Shown here: piece after piece, positions 29,543 through 39,510 of the stretch
How positions within the stretch are numbered: position 1 is the stretch's first letter
Layout of the letters: each line of letters opens with the position of its first letter
Source of the DNA: Gemmatimonadota bacterium
GTDB taxonomy: Bacteria; Gemmatimonadota; Gemmatimonadetes; Palauibacterales; Palauibacteraceae
DNA length: 64,000 nt
Assembly: GCA_039584255.1 (NCBI GenBank)
Contig: JBDGYE010000008.1
Coordinates: 4,188-68,187 of the forward strand
Direction: 5' to 3'
Program-made: the position numbers and the translations under genes
The notes under the pieces: model-generated
What the model saw: only the letters and a program-made list of their open reading frames with translations
Databases searched by the model: none
Told to the model about the DNA's origin: nothing

Positions 29543-30908
29543 CGCTCAACTCGATTACGAGAACGGGGCCGCCTTCGCCTTCGTTCGTCAGAGGCTCGGA
29601 GGAGGCAAGCCCGGGCACCCAGAGAACCTCGCCTCGACCGTCCGCCAGAACCGGCAGACGAGCCCTCTCGCTCCGGGGCACGCGCGAGTCACCGAAGACC
29701 TTCTTGAGCTTCCTCGACCCGGTCGGAAGCCTGATTCGATCGCCGGGCTGCCAGCTCCGGATTCGCCACGGATAATGTCCCCACGAAAGCGGGACGGCAA
29801 TGCGGCTTCGGCCCCGAACCGGGCCCGTGGCGGGAGACCAGCGAACCGTCCACGCCTTCCCCATCAGTCGAACGATCCCCTTCCCCTCCGAGGCGGACGG
29901 GATCGACACTTCCGAGTCGGGCTCCAGCAGCAGGACCGCGCGACGCAGCAGGATCGAGTCGAATTCGCGCGCCAGCTCCAGTCCACCGCCAACGGCGACG
30001 CCGCCTCCGCTTCTGCCTCTGCTCATAAACTCGACCCCCACCCGGGTTCCTCCGCGTCGCAGATCCACTCCGAGGCGCCGCGCGGCGCGCCTCAGCACCC
30101 GCGCCCGCAGCTCAACTGGGTGGGCGAGCACTGCATTCCGGTCCAGGCGCACGGCGCCCGCCTCTCCAGCGGCCGTCCTGGTCCGAATCGCCTCGGTCTC
30201 AGCAGCCGCCGCCAACTGCTCGAGGGTCCCGTTCGCCGCGGTGGCCACTGCCGCGAGGCGGATGAGCCTGGCGCGGGCCCCGGCTCCGCTAGCCGACCGC
30301 AGTGCGGGCAGGACCCTATGCCGGATCAGGCTTCGAGTCCATCGCGGGTCTACGTTAGAGGGATCCTCCAGGTACGCGATGCCTCTCTCGTCTAGCCATT
30401 GCCGGATGTCGGCACTCGAGAAGGCGAGAAGGGGCCTCACGATCCTCCCGCGCTGTTCCGGGATTCCGGAGAGTCCCGCCAGATCCGTCCCACGGAGAAG
30501 CCGGAACAGGACCGTCTCCGCCTGATCGTCCGCCTGATGAGCTGTGGCTAGGCGGTGCGCCCCGAGCGTGTTACAGTGCCGCAGAAGGAACTCATAGCGG
30601 GCCTCTCGGAGAGCCGCTTGCGTGGGGGCGAGGGCTACAGAGGGATGGCCGATCTTGCAGGGCACTCGCAGGTCGCCCGCCCAGCTCGCCACCTGGTGCG
30701 CCTCCCGCGCGCTGACCGGCCTCAGTCCGTGGTCGAAGTGGGCCGCCCGTAGGTGGAGTCGAGAGTGGCTGCGAACCGCCGCCAGCAAGTGCAGGAGTGC
30801 CATCGAGTCCGGGCCACCCGAGAGCGCGACGACGACGTTCGAGCCTTCCGGGAGAAGCTGCGGATGGCGCCCGAGGCGTTCCACGAATCGTCTGGTCAGG
30901 TCGTCCAC
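29535..30908 (-). CDS. tilS: tRNA(Ile)-lysidine synthetase
   Basis: SGGPDS, HFDHGLR, AHQADDQAET, RPLL, C-terminal TilS domain. Start GTG 30908 approximate. Confidence 0.95.
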   Translation of the reverse strand: MDDLTRRFVERLGRHPQLLPEGSNVVVALSGGPDSMALLHLLAAVRSHSRLHLRAAHFDHGLRPVSAREAHQVASWAGDLRVPCKIGHPSVALAPTQAALREARYEFLLRHCNTLGAHRLATAHQADDQAETVLFRLLRGTDLAGLSGIPEQRGRIVRPLLAFSSADIRQWLDERGIAYLEDPSNVDPRWTRSLIRHRVLPALRSASGAGARARLIRLAAVATAANGTLEQLAAAAETEAIRTRTAAGEAGAVRLDRNAVLAHPVELRARVLRRAARRLGVDLRRGGTRVGVEFMSRGRSGGGVAVGGGLELAREFDSILLRRAVLLLEPDSEVSIPSASEGKGIVRLMGKAWTVRWSPATGPVRGRSRIAVPLSWGHYPWRIRSWQPGDRIRLPTGSRKLKKVFGDSRVPRSERARLPVLADGRGEVLWVPGLASSEPLTNEGEGGPVLVIELSDV

Positions 30909-30939
30909 GACCGTTGGCCCAGGCCGTACGCTGGGCGGA

Positions 30940-31269
30940 TCAGCCGCCGGAGCTCTTGCCGCCGGAATCCGTTGGGCCCCCGGACGCCGGGCGGTCGAGC
31001 CATGTGCCCGCGTTGCGGTGGAAAGCCAGCTGCTCGGGGACGGGCACGCCGAACCGCGGGCGAGATGGAGGGGCCGCTGGCAATCCAGACTCCGACGCGC
31101 TGGAAGTAGCGGGGCCCAGGTCCGCAGCCGCTGCCCGCCGCTTTTCATCCGGACCGAGCGATCGGGCACGCCCCTCCACGTAGATCTGGAAGGCGCGCTT
31201 CAGGTCGAGGCGCTCCGGGAGGGAGATGCTGCCGGGACCGCTATCGGGATGCTCGCTCACCTTGCTCAA
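30940..31269 (-). CDS. hypothetical protein
   Basis: Fills the frr-tilS gap on the same strand; TTGA overlap with frr stop; no recognisable motif. Confidence 0.4.
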   Translation of the reverse strand: MSKVSEHPDSGPGSISLPERLDLKRAFQIYVEGRARSLGPDEKRRAAAADLGPATSSASESGLPAAPPSRPRFGVPVPEQLAFHRNAGTWLDRPASGGPTDSGGKSSGG

Positions 31270-31823
31270 ACCTCCATCACTTCCGCTTCCTTCTTCGCGA
31301 GCATCGCGTCGAGTTTCTCCGTGTGCCCGTCGGTCAGCTCCTGCAGACTCTCAAGCTGCCGGTGCATCTCGTCCTCACCGATGTCGCCGTCCTTCTTCTG
31401 CCGCTCGATCTCTGCCTTCGCTTTGTGACGGGCGTGGCGGACGGCGACTCTCCCCTCCTCCGCAATACGGTGCAGGAGCTTCACCATTTCCTTGCGCCGC
31501 TCTTCGGTCAGTGGCGGGATCTGCACGCGGATCAGGTTTCCATCGACATTGGGATTCAGGCCCAGATCGGCGGTCTGGATCGCCTTGGCTACGGCGGCGA
31601 CGAGATTGATGTCCCACGGCTGCACGACCAGGAGCTGGGGCTCAGGAGCGGTGACGGTGGCCGTCTGGCTCAGGGGAATGCGCGACCCATATGCCTCCAC
31701 CTGTACGATGTCGAGGAGTCCTGGCGTGGCCTTTCCCGTCCGGACTCCCGCGAACTCTCGCCCGATCGCGTCCAGGTTCCTGTCCATCTGTGAAGACGCT
31801 TCCTTGAGCGTAGGACTGAGCAT
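31266..31823 (-). CDS. frr: ribosome recycling factor
   Basis: VRTGKA, QPWD, DLGLNP, PPLTEERR. Confidence 0.97.
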   Translation of the reverse strand: MLSPTLKEASSQMDRNLDAIGREFAGVRTGKATPGLLDIVQVEAYGSRIPLSQTATVTAPEPQLLVVQPWDINLVAAVAKAIQTADLGLNPNVDGNLIRVQIPPLTEERRKEMVKLLHRIAEEGRVAVRHARHKAKAEIERQKKDGDIGEDEMHRQLESLQELTDGHTEKLDAMLAKKEAEVMEV

Positions 31824-31834
31824 CTGGATCTCCC

Positions 31835-32548
31835 TCACTGTACGAGTGTGCCGATCCGGTCTCCCTGAAGGGCCGAAAGGATCGCACCGGGCTGCCGGAT
31901 GTTCAGGACGATTACCGGCAGATCGTTCTCTCGACAGAGCGAAACGGCAGCCGCGTCCATGACCTTGAGGTCCCGACTGATCACGTCGCGATAAGAAAGA
32001 TTGGGGATGAACTCGGCCTCGGGATCGTGTTCCGGGTCCGAGCTGAATACACCGTCCACCTTCGTGGCCTTCAGGATCACGTCGGCTTCCATCTCGATGG
32101 CCCGCAGCACGGCAGCCGTGTCCGTTGAAAAATAGGGATTCCCGGTACCGCCGGCGAAGATCACGACTCGGCCTTTTTCCAGATGGCGCAGAGCTCGGCG
32201 ACGAATATAGGGTTCGGCAAGCTGTTCCATCCGGATCGCCGTCATGACGCGCGTCTGGACGCCATTCCTCTCCAGCGTGTCCTGAAGAGCCAGGGCGTTG
32301 ATGACCGTTGCGAGCATTCCCATGTAGTCGGCCGATACGCGGTCCATCCCCTGGCTGCTCGCCACGGCACCTCGCACGATGTTTCCGCCTCCGACAACCA
32401 GGCCCAACTTGACGCCCGCTCCGTGGACCTGGCGCACCTCCCGCGTGAGCGCTTCGACCACCATGGGCTCGATGCCAAAGCCCTGGTCGCCCGCGAGAGA
32501 TTCTCCCGAGAGCTTGACCAGGGCCCGGGGGTACTTCAGCTCGGCCAC
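31835..32548 (-). CDS. pyrH: UMP kinase
   Basis: [29 protein letters not shown]. Confidence 0.98.
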   Translation of the reverse strand: MAELKYPRALVKLSGESLAGDQGFGIEPMVVEALTREVRQVHGAGVKLGLVVGGGNIVRGAVASSQGMDRVSADYMGMLATVINALALQDTLERNGVQTRVMTAIRMEQLAEPYIRRRALRHLEKGRVVIFAGGTGNPYFSTDTAAVLRAIEMEADVILKATKVDGVFSSDPEHDPEAEFIPNLSYRDVISRDLKVMDAAAVSLCRENDLPVIVLNIRQPGAILSALQGDRIGTLVQ

Positions 32549-32552
32549 GCGG

Positions 32553-33407
32553 CTACCCGCTGGCTCCGATCTCGAATCGCGCGAAGCGCCGCACTTCCAA
32601 GTCTGAGTCGCGGGTCTCCAATAGGTCCGAGACCTTCATGTTCGGATCCTTGACGAAGGGCTGCATCACGAGCGCGTGCTGCTCATAGTATTTGCGCATC
32701 CGGCCCTCGACGATCTTGTCGACGATGTGGTCCGGCTTACCCTCGAGCTTCGTCTGCTCCGTCAGAACCGCTCGCTCCCGCTCGCGCTCGTCCTCCGGGA
32801 GATCCTCAGGGGTAACTCCCATTGGACGGGCGGCCGCAATGTGCATGGCAAGCTCCCTGGCCAGTCCCGCGACCTCATCCGACTCGCCGCCGTCAAGCTC
32901 CACGAGAACGCCGATCTTACTTCCGAAATGGAGGTATGAGCCGACGTTCGCGCCGGCGCTATCGTATCGGACCACCCTCTGAACCTCTAGGTTTTCCCCG
33001 ATCGTCGCCTTCAGGTCCGAGAACTCCGCGTGGAGCGCCGCGTTCTCATCTCTGCTGAGGAATTCTTCTCCAGTGACCACCTCGGCATGCGTCAGTCCAC
33101 CGATGAGCGCCGCCTTCGCGAGACGGCCGACGAAGTCCTGAAAATCCTCATTCCGCGCTACGAAATCGGTCTCGCTGGTGACGGCGACCATGGCCACCGC
33201 ATCGTCCCCCGACTCGATGACGACCAGGCCTTCCGTCATCTCGCGCGCGGACCGCTTCGCGGCTTTCGCCGAGCCCCACTGGCGAAGGAGGTCGATCGCC
33301 CTTTCCTCATCGCCTCCCACCTCCTCGAGGGCTCGCTTGCAGTCCATCATTCCCGCACCCGTTCGGTCGCGCAAGGACTTCACGGATTGTGCCGTTATCG
33401 CTGCCAT
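32553..33407 (-). CDS. tsf: elongation factor Ts
   Basis: [28 protein letters not shown]; GGAGGA SD. Confidence 0.97.
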   Translation of the reverse strand: MAAITAQSVKSLRDRTGAGMMDCKRALEEVGGDEERAIDLLRQWGSAKAAKRSAREMTEGLVVIESGDDAVAMVAVTSETDFVARNEDFQDFVGRLAKAALIGGLTHAEVVTGEEFLSRDENAALHAEFSDLKATIGENLEVQRVVRYDSAGANVGSYLHFGSKIGVLVELDGGESDEVAGLARELAMHIAAARPMGVTPEDLPEDERERERAVLTEQTKLEGKPDHIVDKIVEGRMRKYYEQHALVMQPFVKDPNMKVSDLLETRDSDLEVRRFARFEIGASG

Positions 33408-33471
33408 CTTTCCTGTCCTTCTCCTCCATCCATGCCCGGCCGGCCGGGTGGCCGCCCGACACGCCGCATCC

Positions 33472-33498
33472 AAAAAGAAAGGGCCACCGAAGTGGCCC
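33472..33498 (-). terminator. intrinsic terminator between rpsB and tsf
   Basis: GGGCCAC-TTCG-GTGGCCC followed by TTTCTTTTT (cUUCGg tetraloop). Confidence 0.85.
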
Positions 33499-33511
33499 AC
33501 CTGCCGTCACC

Positions 33512-34573
33512 TTACGGTGAGCCCGAGACCCCATCCCGGTTCTCGTCCGGTTCTCCCGTCCCGGCGGCGGCCTCAAGCTCGTCCGACCTGTCGCCGGGGA
33601 CCTCCGCCGAAGCGTCTTCAGCCGGCACATCCCCCTCTCCGTCGCCGTCCGCGGCCGCGTCGGCGGCCTCGACTTCGTTGGCCAGCTCCGCATCCGCTTC
33701 GGCACCCGGGGCCTCGCCCGTATCAGAAGCTCCGGCCTCGGCGTCCGTGGCGTGGAGCCGCCGCTTGATGAGCTCAGGGCGGGGACGCCGCTTCGGGCGC
33801 TTCTTCCGCTTACCTGGAGCGGCCTCGGTCTCGCCATGGTCGGACGAATAGGTGAACGCCTCCTCGTCGGCCGCCTCGCGAATCTCAGGCATCTCCCTCC
33901 GCGCCAACTCGATCTCCTCCGCCATCACACCGGTAATAAGCGATACCGAGCGGATGGCGTCGTCGTTACCCGCGATTGGAACGGTGAGCATGTCCGGGTC
34001 CGCGTTGGTGTCCGCGATGGCGACCACCGGGATACCAAGGCGATTTGCCTCCCGAACGGCAATCTCCTCTTTCTTCGCGTCCACGACGAAGACCAGGCCG
34101 GGCAGTCGGGTCATGTCCTTGATCCCTGCCAGATAACGATCCAGCTTCAATCGCTCCCGCTCGAGGAGAAGTCTCTCCTTCTTGGTGTAGAACTCGAATG
34201 CGCCTTCCTCCGCACCTCGCTCGAGGTCCTTGAGCCGCCGGATGTTCTTCTTGATAGTCTGGAAGTTCGTGAGCATCCCGCCAAGCCAGCGCTCCGTGAC
34301 GTAGAAGGCGCTGGCCCGCTCCGCTTCGGTTCGAACGATCTCCTTCAGCTGCGGCTTGGTGCACACGAACAGCACGTTACCGCCATTCCGGACGGTCTCA
34401 TGCACGAGCTCCCGGGCACGCTTCAGCTCCTGAAGCGTCTTCTTCAGATCGATCAGGTAGATCCCGCCGCGCTCCGCGAAGATGTACTTGCGCATCTTCG
34501 GGTTCCATCGGTGGGTCTGGTGCCCGAAGTGGACGCCAGCCTGGAGCAGATCCTTCAGACCAACTTCTGCCAT
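33512..34573 (-). CDS. rpsB: 30S ribosomal protein S2 with long C-terminal extension
   Basis: AGVHFGH, WNPKM, RWLGGMLTN, GNDDAIRS. Confidence 0.98.
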   Translation of the reverse strand: MAEVGLKDLLQAGVHFGHQTHRWNPKMRKYIFAERGGIYLIDLKKTLQELKRARELVHETVRNGGNVLFVCTKPQLKEIVRTEAERASAFYVTERWLGGMLTNFQTIKKNIRRLKDLERGAEEGAFEFYTKKERLLLERERLKLDRYLAGIKDMTRLPGLVFVVDAKKEEIAVREANRLGIPVVAIADTNADPDMLTVPIAGNDDAIRSVSLITGVMAEEIELARREMPEIREAADEEAFTYSSDHGETEAAPGKRKKRPKRRPRPELIKRRLHATDAEAGASDTGEAPGAEADAELANEVEAADAAADGDGEGDVPAEDASAEVPGDRSDELEAAAGTGEPDENRDGVSGSP

Positions 34574-34611
34574 ATCGTCGCTTACTCGTTGATCGGTTTC
34601 GGCCAGAGCTC

Positions 34612-35007
34612 TTAACGCTTCGAGAACTGGAACCGCTTGCGGGCCTTCGGCTGGCCGGGCTTCTTCCGCTCGACTACCCGGGGATCCCTCGTCAGCAGTT
34701 CGTGCGCCCTGAGGGCGGATCTGGTATCGCCGTCCGCGGTCAGAAGAGCGCGGGCCACCGCGAGCTGTATTGCCTCGGCCTGTCCCGTGGGCCCGCCACC
34801 CCGCACACGGACCTGGACGGCATACGAACCTTCCGCGTCGGTCACGGCGAGCGGCTTCTCAATCTCGTGACGGTGCCGGGCGAGTGGGAAGTAATCCTCC
34901 AGCGTCCGGCCGTTGATGCTCCACGTGCCTCCCCCTGGCCGGAGCCACACGCGTGCCACGGCCGACTTCCGCCTCCCCACCGCCTGAAACTGCGTCGTAT
35001 CCGCCAA
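34612..35007 (-). CDS. rpsI: 30S ribosomal protein S9
   Basis: GRRKSAVARV, LTRDPR, ERKK, QFSKR. Confidence 0.98.
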   Translation of the reverse strand: MADTTQFQAVGRRKSAVARVWLRPGGGTWSINGRTLEDYFPLARHRHEIEKPLAVTDAEGSYAVQVRVRGGGPTGQAEAIQLAVARALLTADGDTRSALRAHELLTRDPRVVERKKPGQPKARKRFQFSKR

Positions 35008-35054
35008 GCTTCCTCCGTACCGGCTATCCAGCCCCTCGGGGCGGTGACTCCTGG

Positions 35055-35483
35055 CTAAAACTCTATTCTCTGCGGCTTCTGCGGGGCGTGGGGATGATCC
35101 GCCCCCGCGTAGACCTTCAGCTTGCGCGCCATCTGCCGACCGAGACGGTTCTTCGGCAGCATACCCTTAACCGCCTTTTCGATGACCCGCTCGGGATGCC
35201 TCTCGACCATCCTCAGGAACGGAATGAAGCGCTCGCCACCGATGTAACCGCTATGTTGGAAGTACTCCTTCTGGCTCGCCTTCTTACCTGTAAGACGCAC
35301 CTCTCGGGCGTTAACGACGACCACGTAGTCGCCCACGTCCAGGTGCGTGCTATACGTCGGCTTGTGCTTCCCCTTCAGGATTGCTGCCACGTTGCTGGCC
35401 AGGCGCCCGAGAACCTGATCACGGGCGTCGACCAGGAACCAGTCGCGCTGTATTTCTCCTGCCCTTACCGAGTACGTCTTCAT
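35055..35483 (-). CDS. rplM: 50S ribosomal protein L13
   Basis: [34 protein letters not shown]. Confidence 0.98.
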   Translation of the reverse strand: MKTYSVRAGEIQRDWFLVDARDQVLGRLASNVAAILKGKHKPTYSTHLDVGDYVVVVNAREVRLTGKKASQKEYFQHSGYIGGERFIPFLRMVERHPERVIEKAVKGMLPKNRLGRQMARKLKVYAGADHPHAPQKPQRIEF

Positions 35484-35603
35484 CGCCGCGTCTCTTTCCT
35501 CGACGGTGCATCGGGCGGCGCACGCCGCCTCTAGCGTCGGGGGAAAAAGCCGGCCGCCCCGCATCGAGCGAGGGCGGCCGAATCGTTCCACTCGCAGCCG
35601 GGG

Positions 35604-35632
35604 AAGCTATCGACGGATACAGGAAGTGTCAA
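35604..35632 (-). promoter_or_regulatory. sigma70-type promoter TTGACA-17-TAGCTT for rplM operon
   Basis: -35 at 35627-35632, -10 at 35604-35609. Confidence 0.8.
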
Positions 35633-35660
35633 GCGATCGCGGCGGCCGGATCGCAGCCTC

Positions 35661-36506
35661 TCAGCGGAAGTTTTCGAGCACCCGGCCGGTAGATCCCAGA
35701 CGGAGCCGGATCAGCGCTCGATCCTTGATCTGACGCACTCTCTCGCGGCTCACACCGAACTCGCGCCCGATGGACTCCAGCGTGTGAGGCTCAGCGCCAT
35801 CCAGCCCAAAATAGAGCTTGAGAACGAGCGCCTCCCGGTCCGGAAGATGGGTCAGGCTGGCCTCCAGAACACCCTTGAGAGCAGCCCGCTGCGCCCGCTG
35901 ATCGGGTTCTTCCCCTTCGCGATCCGGAATCAGCTCCAGCATCGAGGTCTCGTCGGCTTCGGGCACGGGAGCGTCGAGCGAGACGTAGCCCCCCTTCATC
36001 TCCAGGGCCGACTGCACCTCCTCGGCCGACAAATCCAGTTCGATGCCGATTTCCTCCGCCGTGGCCCGACGACCCAACCGCTGGCTCAGGGCCCGCGCGA
36101 CCCTTGTCACGCGATTCGCCTGGTCCATCCGGCCCACCGGCACGCGGACGATGCGGGACTGTTCGGCGATAGCCTGCAGCATGGCCTGGCGAATCCACCA
36201 CACGGCGTAGGAGATGAACCGGACCCCCTTGGTTTCGTCGAACCGCCTGGCGGCACGCATGAGTCCGAGGTTGCCCTCGTTGACCAGATCCGCGAAGGGA
36301 ACTCCATGGTTCCGGTACCGTTTGGCGACGGTTACCACGAAACGAAGGTTGGCGGCTACCAGCCGATTGAGCGCCTCCTCGTCTCCTTCGCGGATCCGAC
36401 GCGCCAGAGTCACCTCCTCCTCCCGCTCGAGAAGAGGATGCTGGGCAATCTCCTTGAGGTACAGGTCGAGCGATCCAATTCGTCGCCCGTCGGATGTTTG
36501 AGCCAT
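35661..36506 (-). CDS. RpoD/SigA-family sigma-70 factor lacking region 1.1
   Basis: LDLYLKEI, ANLRFVV, DLVNEGNLGL, FISYAVWWIRQ, TLESIG..SRERVRQI. Confidence 0.93.
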   Translation of the reverse strand: MAQTSDGRRIGSLDLYLKEIAQHPLLEREEEVTLARRIREGDEEALNRLVAANLRFVVTVAKRYRNHGVPFADLVNEGNLGLMRAARRFDETKGVRFISYAVWWIRQAMLQAIAEQSRIVRVPVGRMDQANRVTRVARALSQRLGRRATAEEIGIELDLSAEEVQSALEMKGGYVSLDAPVPEADETSMLELIPDREGEEPDQRAQRAALKGVLEASLTHLPDREALVLKLYFGLDGAEPHTLESIGREFGVSRERVRQIKDRALIRLRLGSTGRVLENFR

Positions 36507-36613
36507 CGGGTCGAAGCGCGCTCTCGGTTCGGGCACTCCGTGCCGCCGTTCGTCACGGATGCCACACTGCCCGGTCAGGGCCATCCGGCGCGGGCCAAAG
36601 CGGAACTGCCGCC

Positions 36614-37360
36614 CTACTGGATCGGGTTGAGCAACCTGCTCCAGCGGATCTCGGTCAGCCACGGAAACGGCACGAGCCGGTTACGGTCGTACGAGAAGTA
36701 GATGATCAGGGGCCTCCCCTTGATCGCGTCCCGGGGCACGAAGCCCCAATACCGGGAGTCCTCCGAGTTGTCACGGTTGTCGCCCATGACGAAGAAGCTC
36801 TCCGGAGGCACGACGATCGGGCCCCAGTTGTCACGCGTGGGCCGGTATTGCTGGACTCGCCGCCCGTCTTGGACCAGAAACGAGCGCTGCCAATCGAACT
36901 GCGGGCTGCGCGGATCCTCGTATGGACGGGTGTGCTTGGCGTATGGTTCTGGGACCGGCGCCCCGTTCCGATACAGGGCGCCCTCGACCATGAGAAGCGT
37001 GTCGCCGGGAAGTCCTACAATGCGCTTGACGTAGTTGGTGTTCGCCGCCTGTCGAGCCGTGGTCGGCGGCTCGAAGACGGCAATGTCCCCGTGGTCCGGC
37101 GGGTCGAGGGCGGGGAGACGCACCTTGGTCCCCGGAATCTCAGCCCCATAGACCATCTTGTTGACGAGCAAGAAGTCACCCACGAGCAACGTGTTCTCCA
37201 TCGAGCCGGTGGGGATCTGGAAAGCTTCGACGACAAACGTTCGGACCAGCAGAAAAAGGACGAATGCCACGGCGATGGACTTCGTCCACTCCCAGAGCCA
37301 ACGCCCCATCGAGGCGTCCTGCTCGCTCTTTCGCTTGGGCTTTTTCTCTTCCGTTCCCAT
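36614..37360 (-). CDS. lepB: signal peptidase I
   Basis: IPTGSMENTL, YVKRIVGLPGD, MGDNRDNSEDSRYWG. Confidence 0.96.
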   Translation of the reverse strand: MGTEEKKPKRKSEQDASMGRWLWEWTKSIAVAFVLFLLVRTFVVEAFQIPTGSMENTLLVGDFLLVNKMVYGAEIPGTKVRLPALDPPDHGDIAVFEPPTTARQAANTNYVKRIVGLPGDTLLMVEGALYRNGAPVPEPYAKHTRPYEDPRSPQFDWQRSFLVQDGRRVQQYRPTRDNWGPIVVPPESFFVMGDNRDNSEDSRYWGFVPRDAIKGRPLIIYFSYDRNRLVPFPWLTEIRWSRLLNPIQ

Positions 37361-37537
37361 TCCGCCCGATCGCTATGTCAGGTACTTGGATGTCGCCCGG
37401 TTAGTAGCGACTGTACCCGTCGCCGAAAGGCTCGTTCCGGGAGGAAGGACCGCTTCCACCTCGTCCTCCCACCCGCGGACAACCCAATGTCGGCAGCCGA
37501 CTCAACCGTCGCTCATCGGCACCTATCCGTACACGCC

Positions 37538-37546
37538 ATCATAGCA
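37538..37546 (-). promoter_or_regulatory. candidate extended -10 promoter (TGcTATGAT) for lepB
   Basis: TG-N-TATGAT about 175 nt upstream of the lepB ATG, within the intergenic region. Confidence 0.45.
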
Positions 37547-37573
37547 TCGCGCGACCCCCTGCGCGCGGCCCTC

Positions 37574-38203
37574 TCAGTCCGCGGTCTTCAGCCGGATCTC
37601 GCCCGGGCTCACCTCGATGGCCGTCACATCGGGTGGAATAGGAACGATGAGAAGGCTTCCGGTGGCCTCGATCCCCGGGATCTCGAGGCTGTTCAGAATC
37701 CACGGCACGAACATCGTCGGCACCATGAACGTCCCCGCCTGGAGGCCCAGGACTCGGACCTGGGCCACCCCTTCGGTGAACACCTCGGGCTGGAGCTCAG
37801 CTATCACGGTCGTCGAATCGCTCAGAAAACGGTCGATGACCTCTACCGGTGCACCGTCGCCCAGCTCCTCCGCTACGAGCCGGGCCGACACCAGGACCGA
37901 GGAGTCGCCCACTTGGATCATCGGCTCATCGACGCCCTCGACGAGCAGGGGGTCCAACCGGTAGGTGAGCAGGCTCTGAAGCTCTGCCTGCGTCAGCACT
38001 ACGTCGGCGTCACTGCGGCCGTCGGCGAGCTCCTGCAGCTTGTCCTCGGCGTGACGAGCCAGCCGCTCGCTGGGCTCCGACGACGTCGACATCTCGAGCC
38101 GGTTCCACCACCCCGCAACATCGTCCCCCAAGTACCAGATGCCTGCGCCCAGGGCCACCACCAGCATCAGACAACCGATGCGCGCCAGGAAGCTCTTGAT
38201 CAA
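37574..38203 (-). CDS. membrane-anchored hypothetical protein
   Basis: N-terminal TM, then a beta-rich soluble domain; TTGA overlap with thpR stop. Confidence 0.7.
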   Translation of the reverse strand: MIKSFLARIGCLMLVVALGAGIWYLGDDVAGWWNRLEMSTSSEPSERLARHAEDKLQELADGRSDADVVLTQAELQSLLTYRLDPLLVEGVDEPMIQVGDSSVLVSARLVAEELGDGAPVEVIDRFLSDSTTVIAELQPEVFTEGVAQVRVLGLQAGTFMVPTMFVPWILNSLEIPGIEATGSLLIVPIPPDVTAIEVSPGEIRLKTAD

Positions 38204-38802
38204 CGATCCGACCTCCTCCCCCTCCACGGCTTCGGGTCGTCGCCACGTCCAAGCCATGCCGCCATCAGGCGAGTGTAGACCGCACCGGAGGGGTCGAGGC
38301 GGCTCCGCATGAGATCCAGGTGCGTGACCTTGTACTCGGCATCGATGCTCAGGTCGCGCGCCGCTTCCTCGAAGGCGCGGAACTCGCCCGCCTCAGCGTC
38401 ACGGGGCGCCCGCCCCAGCGTTATGTGGGGTTGGTACGGCCGCTGCTCCCTCTCGATGCCTAGCTCCGCGAGGGCCCGCTCCAGATCGTCCTTGAGGAAG
38501 CGCAGCTCCGGCGACAGCTCCACTCCGAGCCAGATCACGTGAGGTCGCCTCGGCGACGGGAAGGCGCCGATCGGACCGAACCGCAACACGAACGGACGGA
38601 GCCTGGAAGCCACATCGCCGAGCACCGTTTCCAGTTCCTCGACCCTCGGTGACGGAACCTCGCCGATGAACTTCAGGGTGAGATGGACCTGCCCCGCCCC
38701 CACCCACCGGCAGGGTATTCGCGCATTGTCCAGCGTGTCGGTAAGACGCGCGATTCGCTGTCTCAGGCGAGCCGGGAAGTTCACAGCCACGAACAAGCGC
38801 AT
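38200..38802 (-). CDS. thpR: RNA 2',3'-cyclic phosphodiesterase (2H family)
   Basis: MRLFVAV, HLTLKFIG, GAFP, PHITLGR (two HxT motifs). Confidence 0.93.
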   Translation of the reverse strand: MRLFVAVNFPARLRQRIARLTDTLDNARIPCRWVGAGQVHLTLKFIGEVPSPRVEELETVLGDVASRLRPFVLRFGPIGAFPSPRRPHVIWLGVELSPELRFLKDDLERALAELGIEREQRPYQPHITLGRAPRDAEAGEFRAFEEAARDLSIDAEYKVTHLDLMRSRLDPSGAVYTRLMAAWLGRGDDPKPWRGRRSDR

Positions 38803-38973
38803 CAGACCCCCGTCGTCATCCGCCGGCACCCTGCGGCCCGGCGTGTCTCGATATCGAGGCAACCTGCTCCGGGCGCGGTCGTCGCGGCAAGGCCCGTGGA
38901 CCGCGAGAGGCTGCGCATGTTTGTCCGGAATATTACGATGGGAAGAAGATTGGAGTGTCGATACGCCGAAGGG

Positions 38974-39474
38974 ATGAGCGACATGACTCGATATCGTGTC
39001 TCCGTGAGCAAGGAGTCCCTGGGCTTTTCGTCCGGCCACTTCATCACCTACGGCGGTGGCTTGTGCGAAACTCTTCACGGACACAACTACCGCATCGGAG
39101 TCACCCTGGCCGGTGATCTCGACGAGCACGCTCTCCTGTACGACTTCGTGCTCCTCCGCAGGGACGCCAACGAAGTCGTCGCGGATCTCGATCACAAGAT
39201 GCTGCTCCCCCAGGACAACCCCCTTCTGACCGTCGAGCGGCAGGAGGGAGAGGTGGAGGTGCGCTATTCGGGGAAGCGCTACGTCTTCCCCGAGAGCGAC
39301 GTCGTCTTCCTACCCATAGCCAACACGACAGCCGAGCTTCTGGCGGAGTACCTGGCCGGCCGGCTCGCCGACCGTGTGGCGAGCGCCGGTGCCACGCAGG
39401 TGACAGAGGTGGAGGTGGAGGTCGAGGAGACGTTCGGTCAATCAGGCTGGTGCACCCGCCGGCTGGCCGGCTGA
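38974..39474 (+). CDS. 6-pyruvoyl-tetrahydropterin synthase family (QueD/PTPS-III-like)
   Basis: FSSGHF, CETLHGHNY, LDH, NTTAELLA. Confidence 0.9.
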   Translation: MSDMTRYRVSVSKESLGFSSGHFITYGGGLCETLHGHNYRIGVTLAGDLDEHALLYDFVLLRRDANEVVADLDHKMLLPQDNPLLTVERQEGEVEVRYSGKRYVFPESDVVFLPIANTTAELLAEYLAGRLADRVASAGATQVTEVEVEVEETFGQSGWCTRRLAG

Positions 39475-39510
39475 TGATGTCGGCGCTGCCCGGATAGGAG
39501 GCTCGAGCAG

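Noticed and set aside
36494-38278. 594-aa plus-strand ORF
   Set aside because: Antisense shadow of lepB and the neighbouring gene; Arg/His-rich with no motifs; typical of high-GC DNA.
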